NCBI GenBank assembly: GCA_041645165.1
Contig: JBAZQN010000009.1
Location: 4,674 to 68,673 of the forward strand
From: Patescibacteria group bacterium
GTDB lineage: Bacteria > Patescibacteriota > Patescibacteriia > 2-02-FULL-49-11
DNA length: 64,000 bases
Reading direction: 5' to 3'
Below, piece after piece: positions 26,935 to 36,392 of the stretch. How positions within the stretch are numbered: the stretch's first letter is position 1; each line of letters opens with the position of its first letter. The translations under genes and the position numbers were made by a program. A model generated the notes under the pieces. The model did not search any database. It was not told where the DNA came from and saw only the letters and a program-made list of their open reading frames with translations.

Positions 26935-27212
26935 TATTCTTTTATAAAACTTAATTTATTGTAATATAAAATTTATTTCTAACCTCCCCCACCGATCGCC
27001 ACACTCCTGTCCCCAATCTTAGTATGAATCATTCCACCATAGTCTCATTCATCCACTATAATTATCGAACGTCAACTATGTGTGGCATTGGAAGTTGACC
27101 CTATAGAATCACTTAATGCTTCACACATAATGTTTAGATTAACCTTTATTCCCCCATACCATCCGTGGTGTACGTATACCTGGGTGAGTTCTACGTGGTT
27201 GATATATTGGAT

Positions 27213-29015
27213 ATGACAACCAATGAATTGCGGGAAAAATTCCTTGATTTTTTTGCCACCAAAGGGCACGCTATCATCCCTTCTGCATCCCTTATTCCAG
27301 AGCACGATCCCACCGTGCTTTTTACCACCGCGGGCATGCATCCGCTGGTTCCTTATCTCTTAGGGGAATCGCATCCTAAGGGGAAGAGAATAGCTGACGT
27401 GCAAAAATGCATACGCACGACGGATATTGATGAGGTGGGAGACCAATGGCATCTCACTTTTTTCGAAATGCTAGGCAATTGGTCGCTCGGGGACTATTTT
27501 AAGAAAGAAGCGATTGAATGGAGTTGGGAATTTTTAACCGATTCTCGGTGGCTCGGTATTGACTCTGAACGGCTCGCAGTAAGCATATTTGCAGGTGATA
27601 AGGATGCGCCGCGCGATGATGAAGCGGAAGGCTACTGGCTCAATGCCGGCGTGCCCAAGGAGCGCATTTTCACCTATCCCAAAGAGAAGAATTGGTGGGG
27701 GCCTGCGGGCGAGACAGGGCCGTGCGGCCCGGATACGGAAATGTTTTATGACACCAGGCGTCCCCACGATCCACACTATGGCCAAGAATGTCATCCGAAC
27801 TGCGATTGCGGGCGCTGGACTGAAATTTGGAATGACGTATTCATGCAGTTTAATAAGCAGGCTGATGGAGCCTTTGTGCCGCTGAAACAGAAAAACGTGG
27901 ACACTGGTATGGGTCTCGAGCGGGTCGTCGCGGTGCTCACGGGCAAGACGACTGTATTTGAAACGGATGCATTCCAAAGCACCATTGACGCGATCATCGG
28001 GCTTCTCCCGAATTCTGTGGCACAGCCGTCCGCAAATTCAAGCATACGCATTATCGCCGATCATATACGCGCCGCGGTGTTTATCATGGGTGACGATCTC
28101 GGCGTGCTCCCGTCCAATGTGGACCAAGGATATGTGGTGCGGCGCCTGATACGCCGTGCCGTGCGGCATGGCCACACCTTGGGGATAGAGCGGGGATTTA
28201 CCAAAGTCGTCGCGAGCGCGGTCATCGGACATTTTGCGTCCACCTATCCTGAACTTGAGCGGAATGCGGACCGGATACTGAAAGAAATTGATGCGGAAGA
28301 AGTGAATTTCAGAATGACACTAGAGAGGGGGAGTAAGGCATTGGAGAGGATTTTAGCGGGCAAGAACGCCGTAAACGGCAATGACGCGTTCGAGCTCTAT
28401 ACTACCTATGGATTCCCCCTTGAACTCATTAAGGAAATCGCGAAGGAAAAAGGAGTGCCAGTTGATGAAACTGGATATAGCAGCGCATTTGCGGCGCATC
28501 AGGCGCTTTCTCGAAGCGGCGCACAGAAGAAATTTAAAGGAGGACTTGCTGACCATACGGAAAAAATCGTCCGCATGCATACGGCAACCCATCTTCTCCA
28601 TCAGGCGCTGCGCATGGTGCTGGGCAAGGACGTATATCAGAAAGGTTCAAATATTACTGAAGAACGATTACGATTTGATTTTTCCTATCCTCAACGGCTC
28701 ACTCCCGAGGAGCTTGCCCGCACAGAGGGGATAGTGAATGAAAAAATTGCAGAAGATCTGCCTGTACTCTGGGAGGAAATGGCCGTGGAGGAAGCTAAGC
28801 AAAAAGGCGCCATGGGCATATTTACCGAACGATATGGAGAAAAGGTGAAAGTGTATCGCATCGGGGATGCCTCGAAAGGTTCAGGACAGATTTTTTCCCA
28901 AGAAATTTGCGGAGGCCCTCATGTAGACCACACAGCCCTTGTGGGCCATTTTTCCATAGTAAAGGAAGAAGCGGTCAGCGCGGGGGTGCGCCGCATTAAA
29001 GCAGTAGTCACATAA
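27213..29015 (+). CDS. alaS: alanine--tRNA ligase, short form without the C-Ala domain
   Basis: N-terminal LREKFLDFFATKGHAIIPSASLIPEHDPTVLFTTAGM; editing-domain HTATHLLHQAL and CGGPHV; ends about 250 aa before a full-length AlaRS would. Confidence 0.85.
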   Translation: MTTNELREKFLDFFATKGHAIIPSASLIPEHDPTVLFTTAGMHPLVPYLLGESHPKGKRIADVQKCIRTTDIDEVGDQWHLTFFEMLGNWSLGDYFKKEAIEWSWEFLTDSRWLGIDSERLAVSIFAGDKDAPRDDEAEGYWLNAGVPKERIFTYPKEKNWWGPAGETGPCGPDTEMFYDTRRPHDPHYGQECHPNCDCGRWTEIWNDVFMQFNKQADGAFVPLKQKNVDTGMGLERVVAVLTGKTTVFETDAFQSTIDAIIGLLPNSVAQPSANSSIRIIADHIRAAVFIMGDDLGVLPSNVDQGYVVRRLIRRAVRHGHTLGIERGFTKVVASAVIGHFASTYPELERNADRILKEIDAEEVNFRMTLERGSKALERILAGKNAVNGNDAFELYTTYGFPLELIKEIAKEKGVPVDETGYSSAFAAHQALSRSGAQKKFKGGLADHTEKIVRMHTATHLLHQALRMVLGKDVYQKGSNITEERLRFDFSYPQRLTPEELARTEGIVNEKIAEDLPVLWEEMAVEEAKQKGAMGIFTERYGEKVKVYRIGDASKGSGQIFSQEICGGPHVDHTALVGHFSIVKEEAVSAGVRRIKAVVT

Positions 29016-29023
29016 AACACGGT

Positions 29024-30592
29024 ATGCCTCCTGTTTCAATCGGCGATGATGCAGCGGATATGTCTCCGCAGAAGGAATTCGTGCGCGTGTCTGACACTGT
29101 TTCGCTTATTTTTGACGAGCATCACACTCTTTGGGAGCTCGTGAAAGCGGTAAAAAGGGCGCGTGGAATCCGCATAGAGGTAACCGTGCCCGCTCGCCAT
29201 CCTAGTTTCCAGTCGGCGGTGGCGATGGAATATCTCTCAATAGCATTGTTGCGGATCAAAAAAGAAATATGTTTCATCACGCATGATCCTGAATTACAGG
29301 AGCGACTGGCACTGTACGGTTTGAATGCTATCGCTCCTCGCGCCCCCCAAGAACTGACGGAACCTCCTGCCCGCGATCATCTTATACGTTCATTTTTTAA
29401 ACAGCCTATGCGGCCGTTCCAACGCCAAAAAAAGAAATACTTGCGAGGTTGGTGGTTTATTTTATTTATTGCGTTGGCCGTCATATTATTTTTATTTACT
29501 TCGATCACTCCCCGTGCGCATATTACTCTTATTCCGGATGTGAAAGTCATAGAACGCAAAGCAGGCGTGCTCATTAATGCCGAATGGCCCAATCAGCAGA
29601 GGGACGCCGCCCATCTGCGCGGGAAGGTGCTCAAGGAGGAAGGGACATATGCGACGACCACCCCTATCACCGACTTATCAGAAAGCGGAGAAAAAGCAAA
29701 GGGTGAGGCGCGCATAGAAAATCAGACAGGACAAGAGGTGGCGCTCTCTATTGGCACCGAATTATTAAGCGACGACGGCATGGTGTATGTCAGCGAGAGC
29801 GCACTTACGATCCCTGCCGCGTATGTTGCGGAGGATGCCACCATAAAATTTGGCACGCTTTCCGCAACGCTCACCGCCAAGGAACCTGGAGTTAAAGGAA
29901 ATCGCTCAAGCGGCAGGTTTACGATTCCGTCGCTCCCCTCAAACAAGCAGCAGCGCATCTGGGCGGTCATCACGTCTCCCTTTACCGGAGGGTCGGATCG
30001 CATGGGGAAGGTAGTGCGCCAAGAGCACGTGGCTGCACTTGAACCGCTATTATGGGACAGACTGCAGCAGGATTTATTCCAGACGCTAGAATCGCGATTG
30101 GGCAATGAATGGTTTGTTGCCTTTCCGCTTACTACGGCAACCGTGACGAACCTCACCGTGGACCCACCGTTAGGGGTAGAAGCAGATGCTGTTTCTTTAA
30201 ATATGAAAGGGACCATGCAGGCGCTTGCGTTTTCTTCCGCAGACGTACTCCGCGCGTTTGGCGCTAATGTACAAATATGCGGTTCATTTCAGAATGGAAA
30301 ATCAGAGGTCTGCGCGATACGCGTGGATAAAGTGCGAAAACTTGATATGGAGAAAAGGAAAGGGGACGCAGAGTTTGTATTTTCCAAAGTCCAGACGCCT
30401 CCTTTTGATCCTGTTGCGCTTTCTGAAAAAATTACAGGGAAAAGCGTGCAGCAAGCGCGCCTCACCCTGCTCTCTCTCCCGGGAGTAAAAGATGTAAGGA
30501 TTTCATTGCGTTGGAGTTTGAGAAACTATATACCGCGGGATGCGGACCGTATTACCATTGAAGTTGCGCAACAAGAGTTGACACAACCGTGA
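29024..30592 (+). CDS. hypothetical membrane protein (cytoplasmic N-domain, one TM, large extracytoplasmic domain)
   Basis: 522 aa; TM helix WWFILFIALAVILFLF; no family recognised. Confidence 0.45.
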   Translation: MPPVSIGDDAADMSPQKEFVRVSDTVSLIFDEHHTLWELVKAVKRARGIRIEVTVPARHPSFQSAVAMEYLSIALLRIKKEICFITHDPELQERLALYGLNAIAPRAPQELTEPPARDHLIRSFFKQPMRPFQRQKKKYLRGWWFILFIALAVILFLFTSITPRAHITLIPDVKVIERKAGVLINAEWPNQQRDAAHLRGKVLKEEGTYATTTPITDLSESGEKAKGEARIENQTGQEVALSIGTELLSDDGMVYVSESALTIPAAYVAEDATIKFGTLSATLTAKEPGVKGNRSSGRFTIPSLPSNKQQRIWAVITSPFTGGSDRMGKVVRQEHVAALEPLLWDRLQQDLFQTLESRLGNEWFVAFPLTTATVTNLTVDPPLGVEADAVSLNMKGTMQALAFSSADVLRAFGANVQICGSFQNGKSEVCAIRVDKVRKLDMEKRKGDAEFVFSKVQTPPFDPVALSEKITGKSVQQARLTLLSLPGVKDVRISLRWSLRNYIPRDADRITIEVAQQELTQP

Positions 30593-30711
30593 GAGTATTC
30601 TATGATATTGTCACCGTGTTCTTTGGTGTTATTTTTCAAAATTTTCGAATAATTCACCTATTATAACCCAACCTTCTGGGAAATAAGATAAAGAAGGTTG
30701 AGGTTTAATTT

Positions 30712-31008
30712 ATGCAACAAAACCAAACAGGGAGCAGCGGGGCGGTACCATCTGCCGCACCCATAAGCAATGAGGGGAATTTAGGGATCCAAACGAACCG
30801 GAAAGGTTTTATTGACGCCATTGGCGAAGTCGTTGAATTACTGCCGGCGGCCACCTTTAGAGTGAAATTGGAGAACGGCCATGAAATTTTATGCCATCTC
30901 TCCGGGAAAATGCGTATGAACCGCATTCTTCTTTTGCCGGGTGACAGGATAAAAATAGAAATGAGTCCGTATGATCTGAGTAAAGGAAGAATTACTTACA
31001 GGTTTTGA
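30712..31008 (+). CDS. infA: translation initiation factor IF-1 with an N-terminal extension
   Basis: [50 protein letters not shown] matches the IF-1 S1-like fold. Confidence 0.85.
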   Translation: MQQNQTGSSGAVPSAAPISNEGNLGIQTNRKGFIDAIGEVVELLPAATFRVKLENGHEILCHLSGKMRMNRILLLPGDRIKIEMSPYDLSKGRITYRF

Positions 31009-31019
31009 ATCGTTCTGTT

Positions 31020-31133
31020 ATGAAAGTACGTGCATCAGTAAAGCCAATTTGTACGAAATGCAAGATAGTGCGGCGCCATGGCCGTCTTTATGTCACATGT
31101 GCGAATCCGAAACATAAGCAGAGGCAAGGATAA
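31020..31133 (+). CDS. rpmJ: 50S ribosomal protein L36
   Basis: Found by eye (below the ORF-track size cutoff): [37 protein letters not shown] with the zinc-ribbon Cys/His pattern. Confidence 0.85.
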   Translation: MKVRASVKPICTKCKIVRRHGRLYVTCANPKHKQRQG

Positions 31134-31140
31134 GTCTTGA

Positions 31141-31290
31141 AAATGCAAAACGCAAAATCTCACCGCTTTAGCGGGATCCCGCATACCATTGAGATTAACA
31201 ATAAGGTGCGGGACAAAAGTCAAAATTATGGAGATACGACGTTACGTCGGATCGGAATACCTTCATTTTGATTTTTGAGTTTTGGTTTTT
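31141..31290. repeat. composite intergenic element, copy C: GGATCC-core hairpin inverted relative to copies A and B, plus the acgacgttacgtcgg module
   Basis: The reverse complement of 31141-31228 aligns at about 80% with 15668-15745; the module tatggagatacgacgttacgtcggatcgg matches 15617-15645. Confidence 0.6.
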
Positions 31291-31305
31291 GATTTAATTT
31301 AAGAT

Positions 31306-31695
31306 ATGGCTCGTATTGCAGGTGTAACGCTTCCTCCACATAAGAGAATAGATATCGGCCTAAGCTATATTTATGGCATAGGGCGTTCATTAAGCGTGCG
31401 CATACTTGCGCAGACGAATGTGAATCCGGCAACGCGCGTAAAAGACCTGAACGATGATGAGGTATCACGTCTGCGCGAATACATCGAGAAGCAATACAAA
31501 GTGGAAGGTGATCTGCGGAGAGAGGTGATGCTCAACATTAAACGTTTGAAAGAAATTGGATCCTACCGCGGCATCCGCCATGCGCGGGGTTTGCCGGTAC
31601 GCGGCCAGAGGACAAAGACCAACTCAAGGACGGTGAGGCACAATGAGCGCCGTACCATGGGATCTGGCCGCAAGCCTGCCGCACAAAAGACTTAA
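31306..31695 (+). CDS. rpsM: 30S ribosomal protein S13
   Basis: [26 protein letters not shown]. Confidence 0.95.
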   Translation: MARIAGVTLPPHKRIDIGLSYIYGIGRSLSVRILAQTNVNPATRVKDLNDDEVSRLREYIEKQYKVEGDLRREVMLNIKRLKEIGSYRGIRHARGLPVRGQRTKTNSRTVRHNERRTMGSGRKPAAQKT

Positions 31696-31703
31696 GATTT
31701 TTT

Positions 31704-32159
31704 ATGGAAGAAAATACTACACCAAATTCTCCATTACCACAAGAATCTCAAAAAATTGAGGTAGCCGCAGCAAAAGCAGCGGCACCCCACCCCCATAAGG
31801 CGAACAAACCGCTGCAAAGCCGTGGGCATGTCCATATTCTTGCTACCTTCAATAATACCTTGGTGACCGTGACAGACCTTGGCGGCAATGTACTCACCTG
31901 GGCTTCTGCGGGAAAATGCGGATTCAAGGGCCCCAAGAAAGCGACACCCTACGCGGCCGGGGTCATCATTCGTGCGGTAGCGGACAAGGCGAAGGAAATG
32001 GGGATCCGTGAAATAGAAGTATTTGTGCGTGGTGTGGGTGCAGGCCGCGAATCGGCAGTGCGCGCACTTGCGGCAAACGGCTTTTTGATTACTGCAATTC
32101 GCGATGTGACCCCTATACCTCATAATGGGGTTCGTGCGCCGAAACCGAGACGAATTTAG
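31704..32159 (+). CDS. rpsK: 30S ribosomal protein S11
   Basis: [28 protein letters not shown]. Confidence 0.95.
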   Translation: MEENTTPNSPLPQESQKIEVAAAKAAAPHPHKANKPLQSRGHVHILATFNNTLVTVTDLGGNVLTWASAGKCGFKGPKKATPYAAGVIIRAVADKAKEMGIREIEVFVRGVGAGRESAVRALAANGFLITAIRDVTPIPHNGVRAPKPRRI

Positions 32160-32190
32160 TTTTATAATCACGAGTTAGGAATTACTTCGT

Positions 32191-32826
32191 ATGGGACGAA
32201 AATTAGGGCCAAAAGGTAAGATTAGCCGCAGAATTGGAGAAAAGCTCCAGCTTAAAGGTGAGCGCGATTTGAGCGCGAAACATGCGTTTACCAGAAGGAA
32301 TTATCCTCCCGGAATTCATGGACCGAAAGGATACGGGCGCCTCACAGAATATGGTATTCAGCTGCGGGAGAAGCAAAAGCTCAAAGCGCTTTTTGGGATG
32401 ATGGAGCGACAGTTTGCGCGCGCCATGGAGAAAGCTTTGACATTTAAAGGGGAGACGGGCTCGAAGCTGCTTGAATTGCTGGAGCGCAGGTTAGACAATG
32501 TGATTTTCCGATTGCATCTTGCGTCATCGCGCGCGCAGGCTCGCCAACTCGTCAGTCACAGATATGTGCTCGTAAATAATAAAAGAGTATCTATCCCTTC
32601 TTATGAGATAAAGGTAGGGGACAGTATAAGTTTTACTCCGCGGTTTTTATCGCTCCAGATTGTGAAAGACCGTCTTGCCGCTCAAAAATCGATGAATTTA
32701 AATGCACCCTCGTGGCTTGAGTTTGATTATGATGCGCTCAAAGGAATGGTGGTCCATATTCCGGAGCTAAAAGAGTGCGAACCTAATATCGATACGCGGC
32801 TCATTGTAGAATTTTATTCACGTTAA
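32191..32826 (+). CDS. rpsD: 30S ribosomal protein S4
   Basis: MGRKLGPKGKISRR N-terminus and the S4 domain. Confidence 0.95.
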   Translation: MGRKLGPKGKISRRIGEKLQLKGERDLSAKHAFTRRNYPPGIHGPKGYGRLTEYGIQLREKQKLKALFGMMERQFARAMEKALTFKGETGSKLLELLERRLDNVIFRLHLASSRAQARQLVSHRYVLVNNKRVSIPSYEIKVGDSISFTPRFLSLQIVKDRLAAQKSMNLNAPSWLEFDYDALKGMVVHIPELKECEPNIDTRLIVEFYSR

Positions 32827-32863
32827 TTATTATTGACCTCAATTATAATACCACCACTTTCAT

Positions 32864-33715
32864 ATGGTAGAACCTCTTATTCATCCAAGACACATTACTC
32901 TCGTTGAAGAAACTGATAATCGTACACAGTTTACGATCGAACCTCTCTATCCGGGATATGGGACGACGCTCGGGAATTCCTTAAGGCGCATACTTCTCTC
33001 TTCACTGCCAGGGTGCGCGATCAGCGCGATGGCGATCCCCGGGGTCCACCATGAATTTTCCACTTTAAAGGATATCAAAGAGGATGTGGTAGATATTCTA
33101 TTGAATTTAAAACAAGTGCGGTTCCGCATGGAGGGCGAACATGAGGAACCGGTTCCCATAACGCTGGAATTTAATGGGAGCGGTGAGATTTTGGCAAAGG
33201 AATTCAAAACATTCGCAGGGATAGAGGTTGTAACACCGCTGGTGCATATCGCCACCGCGACCAGCCCCGATACAGAATTTAACCTCGTCGTATATCTTAC
33301 GCGTGGGAGAGGATTTTTGCCTGTGGAGTCCCGAGAAAAAGAGAAGCTTGATATTGGCACTATTGCCATAGATGCGATTTATTCGCCTGTGCGGCACGTA
33401 GCGCTCAATTTAGAGCATGTGCGGGTGGGCCAGATGACAAATTTCGATAAGATAGTGCTTACCGTAGAAACTGACGGAAGCATATCCCCGAAAGACGCTC
33501 TTATTCAGTCACTTGATATATTCCGCGATCAAATATCATCACTCGTGTTTGAGGATGCGCAGGAACACATGAAATCGTCTGTGGAGGAACCAACGCATGA
33601 GTCCGGAGAATCGCAGCCTCAAGAAAAATCAGACGGGGGAAATAATGTACAAGAAGAAGCAGCGTTAGATGCGCCTAAGAAAAAGACAAAGCGAAGCAAG
33701 AAGAACGCGGCATAA
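32864..33715 (+). CDS. rpoA: DNA-directed RNA polymerase subunit alpha, apparently without a canonical C-terminal domain
   Basis: The alpha N-terminal domain (LYPGYGTTLGNSLRRILLSSLPGCAI) is followed only by an acidic then Lys-rich tail; 283 aa. Confidence 0.9.
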   Translation: MVEPLIHPRHITLVEETDNRTQFTIEPLYPGYGTTLGNSLRRILLSSLPGCAISAMAIPGVHHEFSTLKDIKEDVVDILLNLKQVRFRMEGEHEEPVPITLEFNGSGEILAKEFKTFAGIEVVTPLVHIATATSPDTEFNLVVYLTRGRGFLPVESREKEKLDIGTIAIDAIYSPVRHVALNLEHVRVGQMTNFDKIVLTVETDGSISPKDALIQSLDIFRDQISSLVFEDAQEHMKSSVEEPTHESGESQPQEKSDGGNNVQEEAALDAPKKKTKRSKKNAA

Positions 33716-33760
33716 TGCCTGACGGGTCAGAATTGCTAATCGTATAAATACCTGACTTGT

Positions 33761-34111
33761 ATGAGACACCGAAAAAACAAAATTACCCTGGATCGAGGTT
33801 CCGCCCATCGGAATGCCTTACTTCGTAATATGGCAACGAGTCTGGTATTGTATGATCAAATCCAGACGACAGAGGCAAAGGCGAAGGCGCTCCGCCCCTT
33901 CGTGGAACGGCTCATTACCCTCTCGAAAAATCCCACATTGGCAAACCGAAGGATGCTCATCAAAGTGTTCTACACGAAAGGCGCGGTGCGCAAGGCATGT
34001 GACGTATTAGGGCCTCGATATAAGGATCGCAAAGGAGGATTTTTACGGATTACCCATCTCGGGACACGCCGTGGCGATGCGGCGCGTTTGGCGCATATCA
34101 CATTTGTATGA
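33761..34111 (+). CDS. rplQ: 50S ribosomal protein L17
   Basis: MRHRKNKITLDRGSAHRNALLRNMATSL. Confidence 0.9.
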   Translation: MRHRKNKITLDRGSAHRNALLRNMATSLVLYDQIQTTEAKAKALRPFVERLITLSKNPTLANRRMLIKVFYTKGAVRKACDVLGPRYKDRKGGFLRITHLGTRRGDAARLAHITFV

Positions 34112-34467
34112 ACGCAGTATCCAAACCCGCAGCCATCACACTCGATGCGTCAGGGGAGAGTTTAGGTAGGCTCGCGTCTCTCGCTGCCCAGTATCTTCAA
34201 GGCAAGCATCTCGTGTCATATAGTCCCAATAAAGACGAGGGTGTGTCAGTCACAGTTAAGAATCTCTCGTCAGTGCATATGGCAGTGCCAAAACTTACGG
34301 GTAAGCGTTATTATACCCACACCAATTATCCCGGCAATATGCGTATTGCCACCTTGAAGGAGAAATGGACAAAGAACCCGCAAAAATTATTCGTGAAGAT
34401 GGTAGGAGGCATGTTGCCTAAAAATAAATTAAGAAAAGAAAGGCTCAAGAGGCTCTTGTTCGCATAA
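34108..34467 (+). CDS. rplM: 50S ribosomal protein L13
   Basis: YYTHTNYPGNMRIATLKE..KMVGGMLPKNKLRKERLKRL matches the uL13 C-terminal half. Confidence 0.85.
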   Translation: MNAVSKPAAITLDASGESLGRLASLAAQYLQGKHLVSYSPNKDEGVSVTVKNLSSVHMAVPKLTGKRYYTHTNYPGNMRIATLKEKWTKNPQKLFVKMVGGMLPKNKLRKERLKRLLFA

Positions 34468-34611
34468 TTTATTATTTCGACATTTTACACTTTCCGCGTA
34501 GTTCCGCGTAACGTCGGCGTAAGTCCGCGTTAAAAACCTTATTATCGCAGACATACGCGGACTCCACGCAGACTGACGCAGACGATATGAACTGTAGGTT
34601 AATTTAATTTT

Positions 34612-35175
34612 ATGTCTTCCAGCAGCGCATCAACACCCAAAAAAATAGCACGCAAGCCCGCTACAAGACGCACCCCCGCGCCAAAGTATACGCGAACGGA
34701 AAAAGCTATACCTGTCGTAAGGCACGTCACCCCCAAAGCGCATCATGAATTGAAAAGCGCAACGCCAAAGGCAGAGCAGAGCGAGAAGCGTTTTTTCTAT
34801 GCGGTCGGGCGGAGGAAAGAATCTATCGTGGGGGTGAGGCTCTATTTCACGCAACCTGCAGCATTTAAAGTCAATGGGAAGGATCTTGAAAAGTATTTTT
34901 CCTATCCTTTATATGAAGCACTCGGTCACGCACCTTTGGGTGCCGTGGGTTTAGAGGGCAAGGTATCAGTGATTGCACGCGCGCAAGGGGGAGGGAAACA
35001 CGGTCAGGCGGTAGCGCTGCGTATGGCGGTAAGCCGGGCGCTTGTGGTATATGATGAGCAATTGCGCCCCACCTTGCGTGCGCACGGGTATCTGACGCGC
35101 GATCCAAGAGCAAAAGAAAGGAAGAAATACGGCTTAAAACGCGCCAGGCGCGCGCCGCAATGGCAGAAACGCTAA
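34612..35175 (+). CDS. rpsI: 30S ribosomal protein S9 with an N-terminal basic extension
   Basis: YYAVGRRKESIVGVRLY...KKYGLKRARRAPQWQKR. Confidence 0.9.
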   Translation: MSSSSASTPKKIARKPATRRTPAPKYTRTEKAIPVVRHVTPKAHHELKSATPKAEQSEKRFFYAVGRRKESIVGVRLYFTQPAAFKVNGKDLEKYFSYPLYEALGHAPLGAVGLEGKVSVIARAQGGGKHGQAVALRMAVSRALVVYDEQLRPTLRAHGYLTRDPRAKERKKYGLKRARRAPQWQKR

Positions 35176-35232
35176 CCCTAGACGCAGATATACGCAGATC
35201 AAAACGCAGATTAACGCAGATAGTGTAGAGTT
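35176..35232. repeat. four tandem-spaced ACGCAGAT motifs downstream of rpsI
   Basis: cctagacgcagatatacgcagatcaaaacgcagattaacgcagatag; the same 8-mer or its complement recurs at 34577-34600, 52890-52908 and 58834-58960. Confidence 0.5.
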
Positions 35233-35291
35233 ATTTAATCCTGCCTTTCTAGGCGGGATTTTCATTTTGATAGTTTAGCGATACACTATAG

Positions 35292-36386
35292 GTGATGTCG
35301 GTACCGCAATTACCCAAAGGGAAAATATTATTGGTAACTACTGATTACCCGCCTGCGACAGGAGGGGTAGCGTGGTATTATGAAAATTTAGTGCGCAGAT
35401 TGAACGCTGCGGAGACCCCCTCCGTCTCCCCCATGGCAAGGGAGAGATTCAGAGGAGGTGATGCGAGAGTTGTAGTATTATTGTTGGGTCGATGGACGCT
35501 CACGCCATGGTGGCCGTTATTGATATTTCCCTTATTACTTAAAACTATTAAACTTAAAACTGATGTCTGGTGGGTGGGGCAGGTGCTGCCAGTGGGTACG
35601 GTGGTATGGCTGTTATCACATCTTTGGCCTAAATATTATATTGTTTCAACACATGGCATGGACGTGCTTTTGCCTTTGTATTCCCCAAGGAAGCGATGGC
35701 TCATGAAGCGTATATTAAACCGCGCCACATTGATTACTACAAACAGCGAATGGACGAAGCAAAAAATTATTGAAAATTATTTTTCAAGGAACAAGGAACA
35801 AGGAACAAGAAACAAAATTGAGGTAATATATCCTGAACCGAAACCGAAACGAAAGGCGGCGCGTGAAGAGATTTTAGCGTTGCGGACAAGGCTGGGAATC
35901 CCTCATGATGCGAAAGTCTTACTGACGGTGAGCAGGCTTGTGGCGCGAAAAGGAATTGATTGCGTATTGCGCGCATTGCCGGAGGTATGGCGCCGTTCGC
36001 CCCATCTTCATTATGTGATTGTGGGAGAAGGCGACCAGTTGCCAGTTTATCAGTCCATAGTTTATCAGTTGGCGCCATCCGTAGGGGTGAATGGCCATTT
36101 ATCCATACACTTTGTCGGGAAGGCGAGCGACGAGGAGTTGGCGGTTTATTATTCTTTGGCGGATGAATTTATTTTATTACCGCGAGAATCTCACGGCGAT
36201 GTGGAAGGATTCGGCATTGTATTTTTAGAAGCGGATCAGTACCATGTACCAATTATTGCAACACTTTCTGGAGGCACGGGAGAGGCATTGCAAAAATGCA
36301 AGCAGGTGACTGTTGTTCATGATCCTTTCAATATTCACGAGGTAGCAAATGCAATTATATCAAATCTTAAACCTATTGATGGTTAA
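35292..36386 (+). CDS. family-4 glycosyltransferase
   Basis: GT-B fold with the EGFGIVFLEA motif; 364 aa. Confidence 0.8.
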   Translation: MMSVPQLPKGKILLVTTDYPPATGGVAWYYENLVRRLNAAETPSVSPMARERFRGGDARVVVLLLGRWTLTPWWPLLIFPLLLKTIKLKTDVWWVGQVLPVGTVVWLLSHLWPKYYIVSTHGMDVLLPLYSPRKRWLMKRILNRATLITTNSEWTKQKIIENYFSRNKEQGTRNKIEVIYPEPKPKRKAAREEILALRTRLGIPHDAKVLLTVSRLVARKGIDCVLRALPEVWRRSPHLHYVIVGEGDQLPVYQSIVYQLAPSVGVNGHLSIHFVGKASDEELAVYYSLADEFILLPRESHGDVEGFGIVFLEADQYHVPIIATLSGGTGEALQKCKQVTVVHDPFNIHEVANAIISNLKPIDG

Positions 36387-36392
36387 TGTGCT

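Noticed and set aside
26948-27212. T-box leader upstream of alaS
   Set aside because: No recognisable T-box consensus (aatnagggtggnaccgcg) or specifier-loop architecture was found. The region is simply non-coding.
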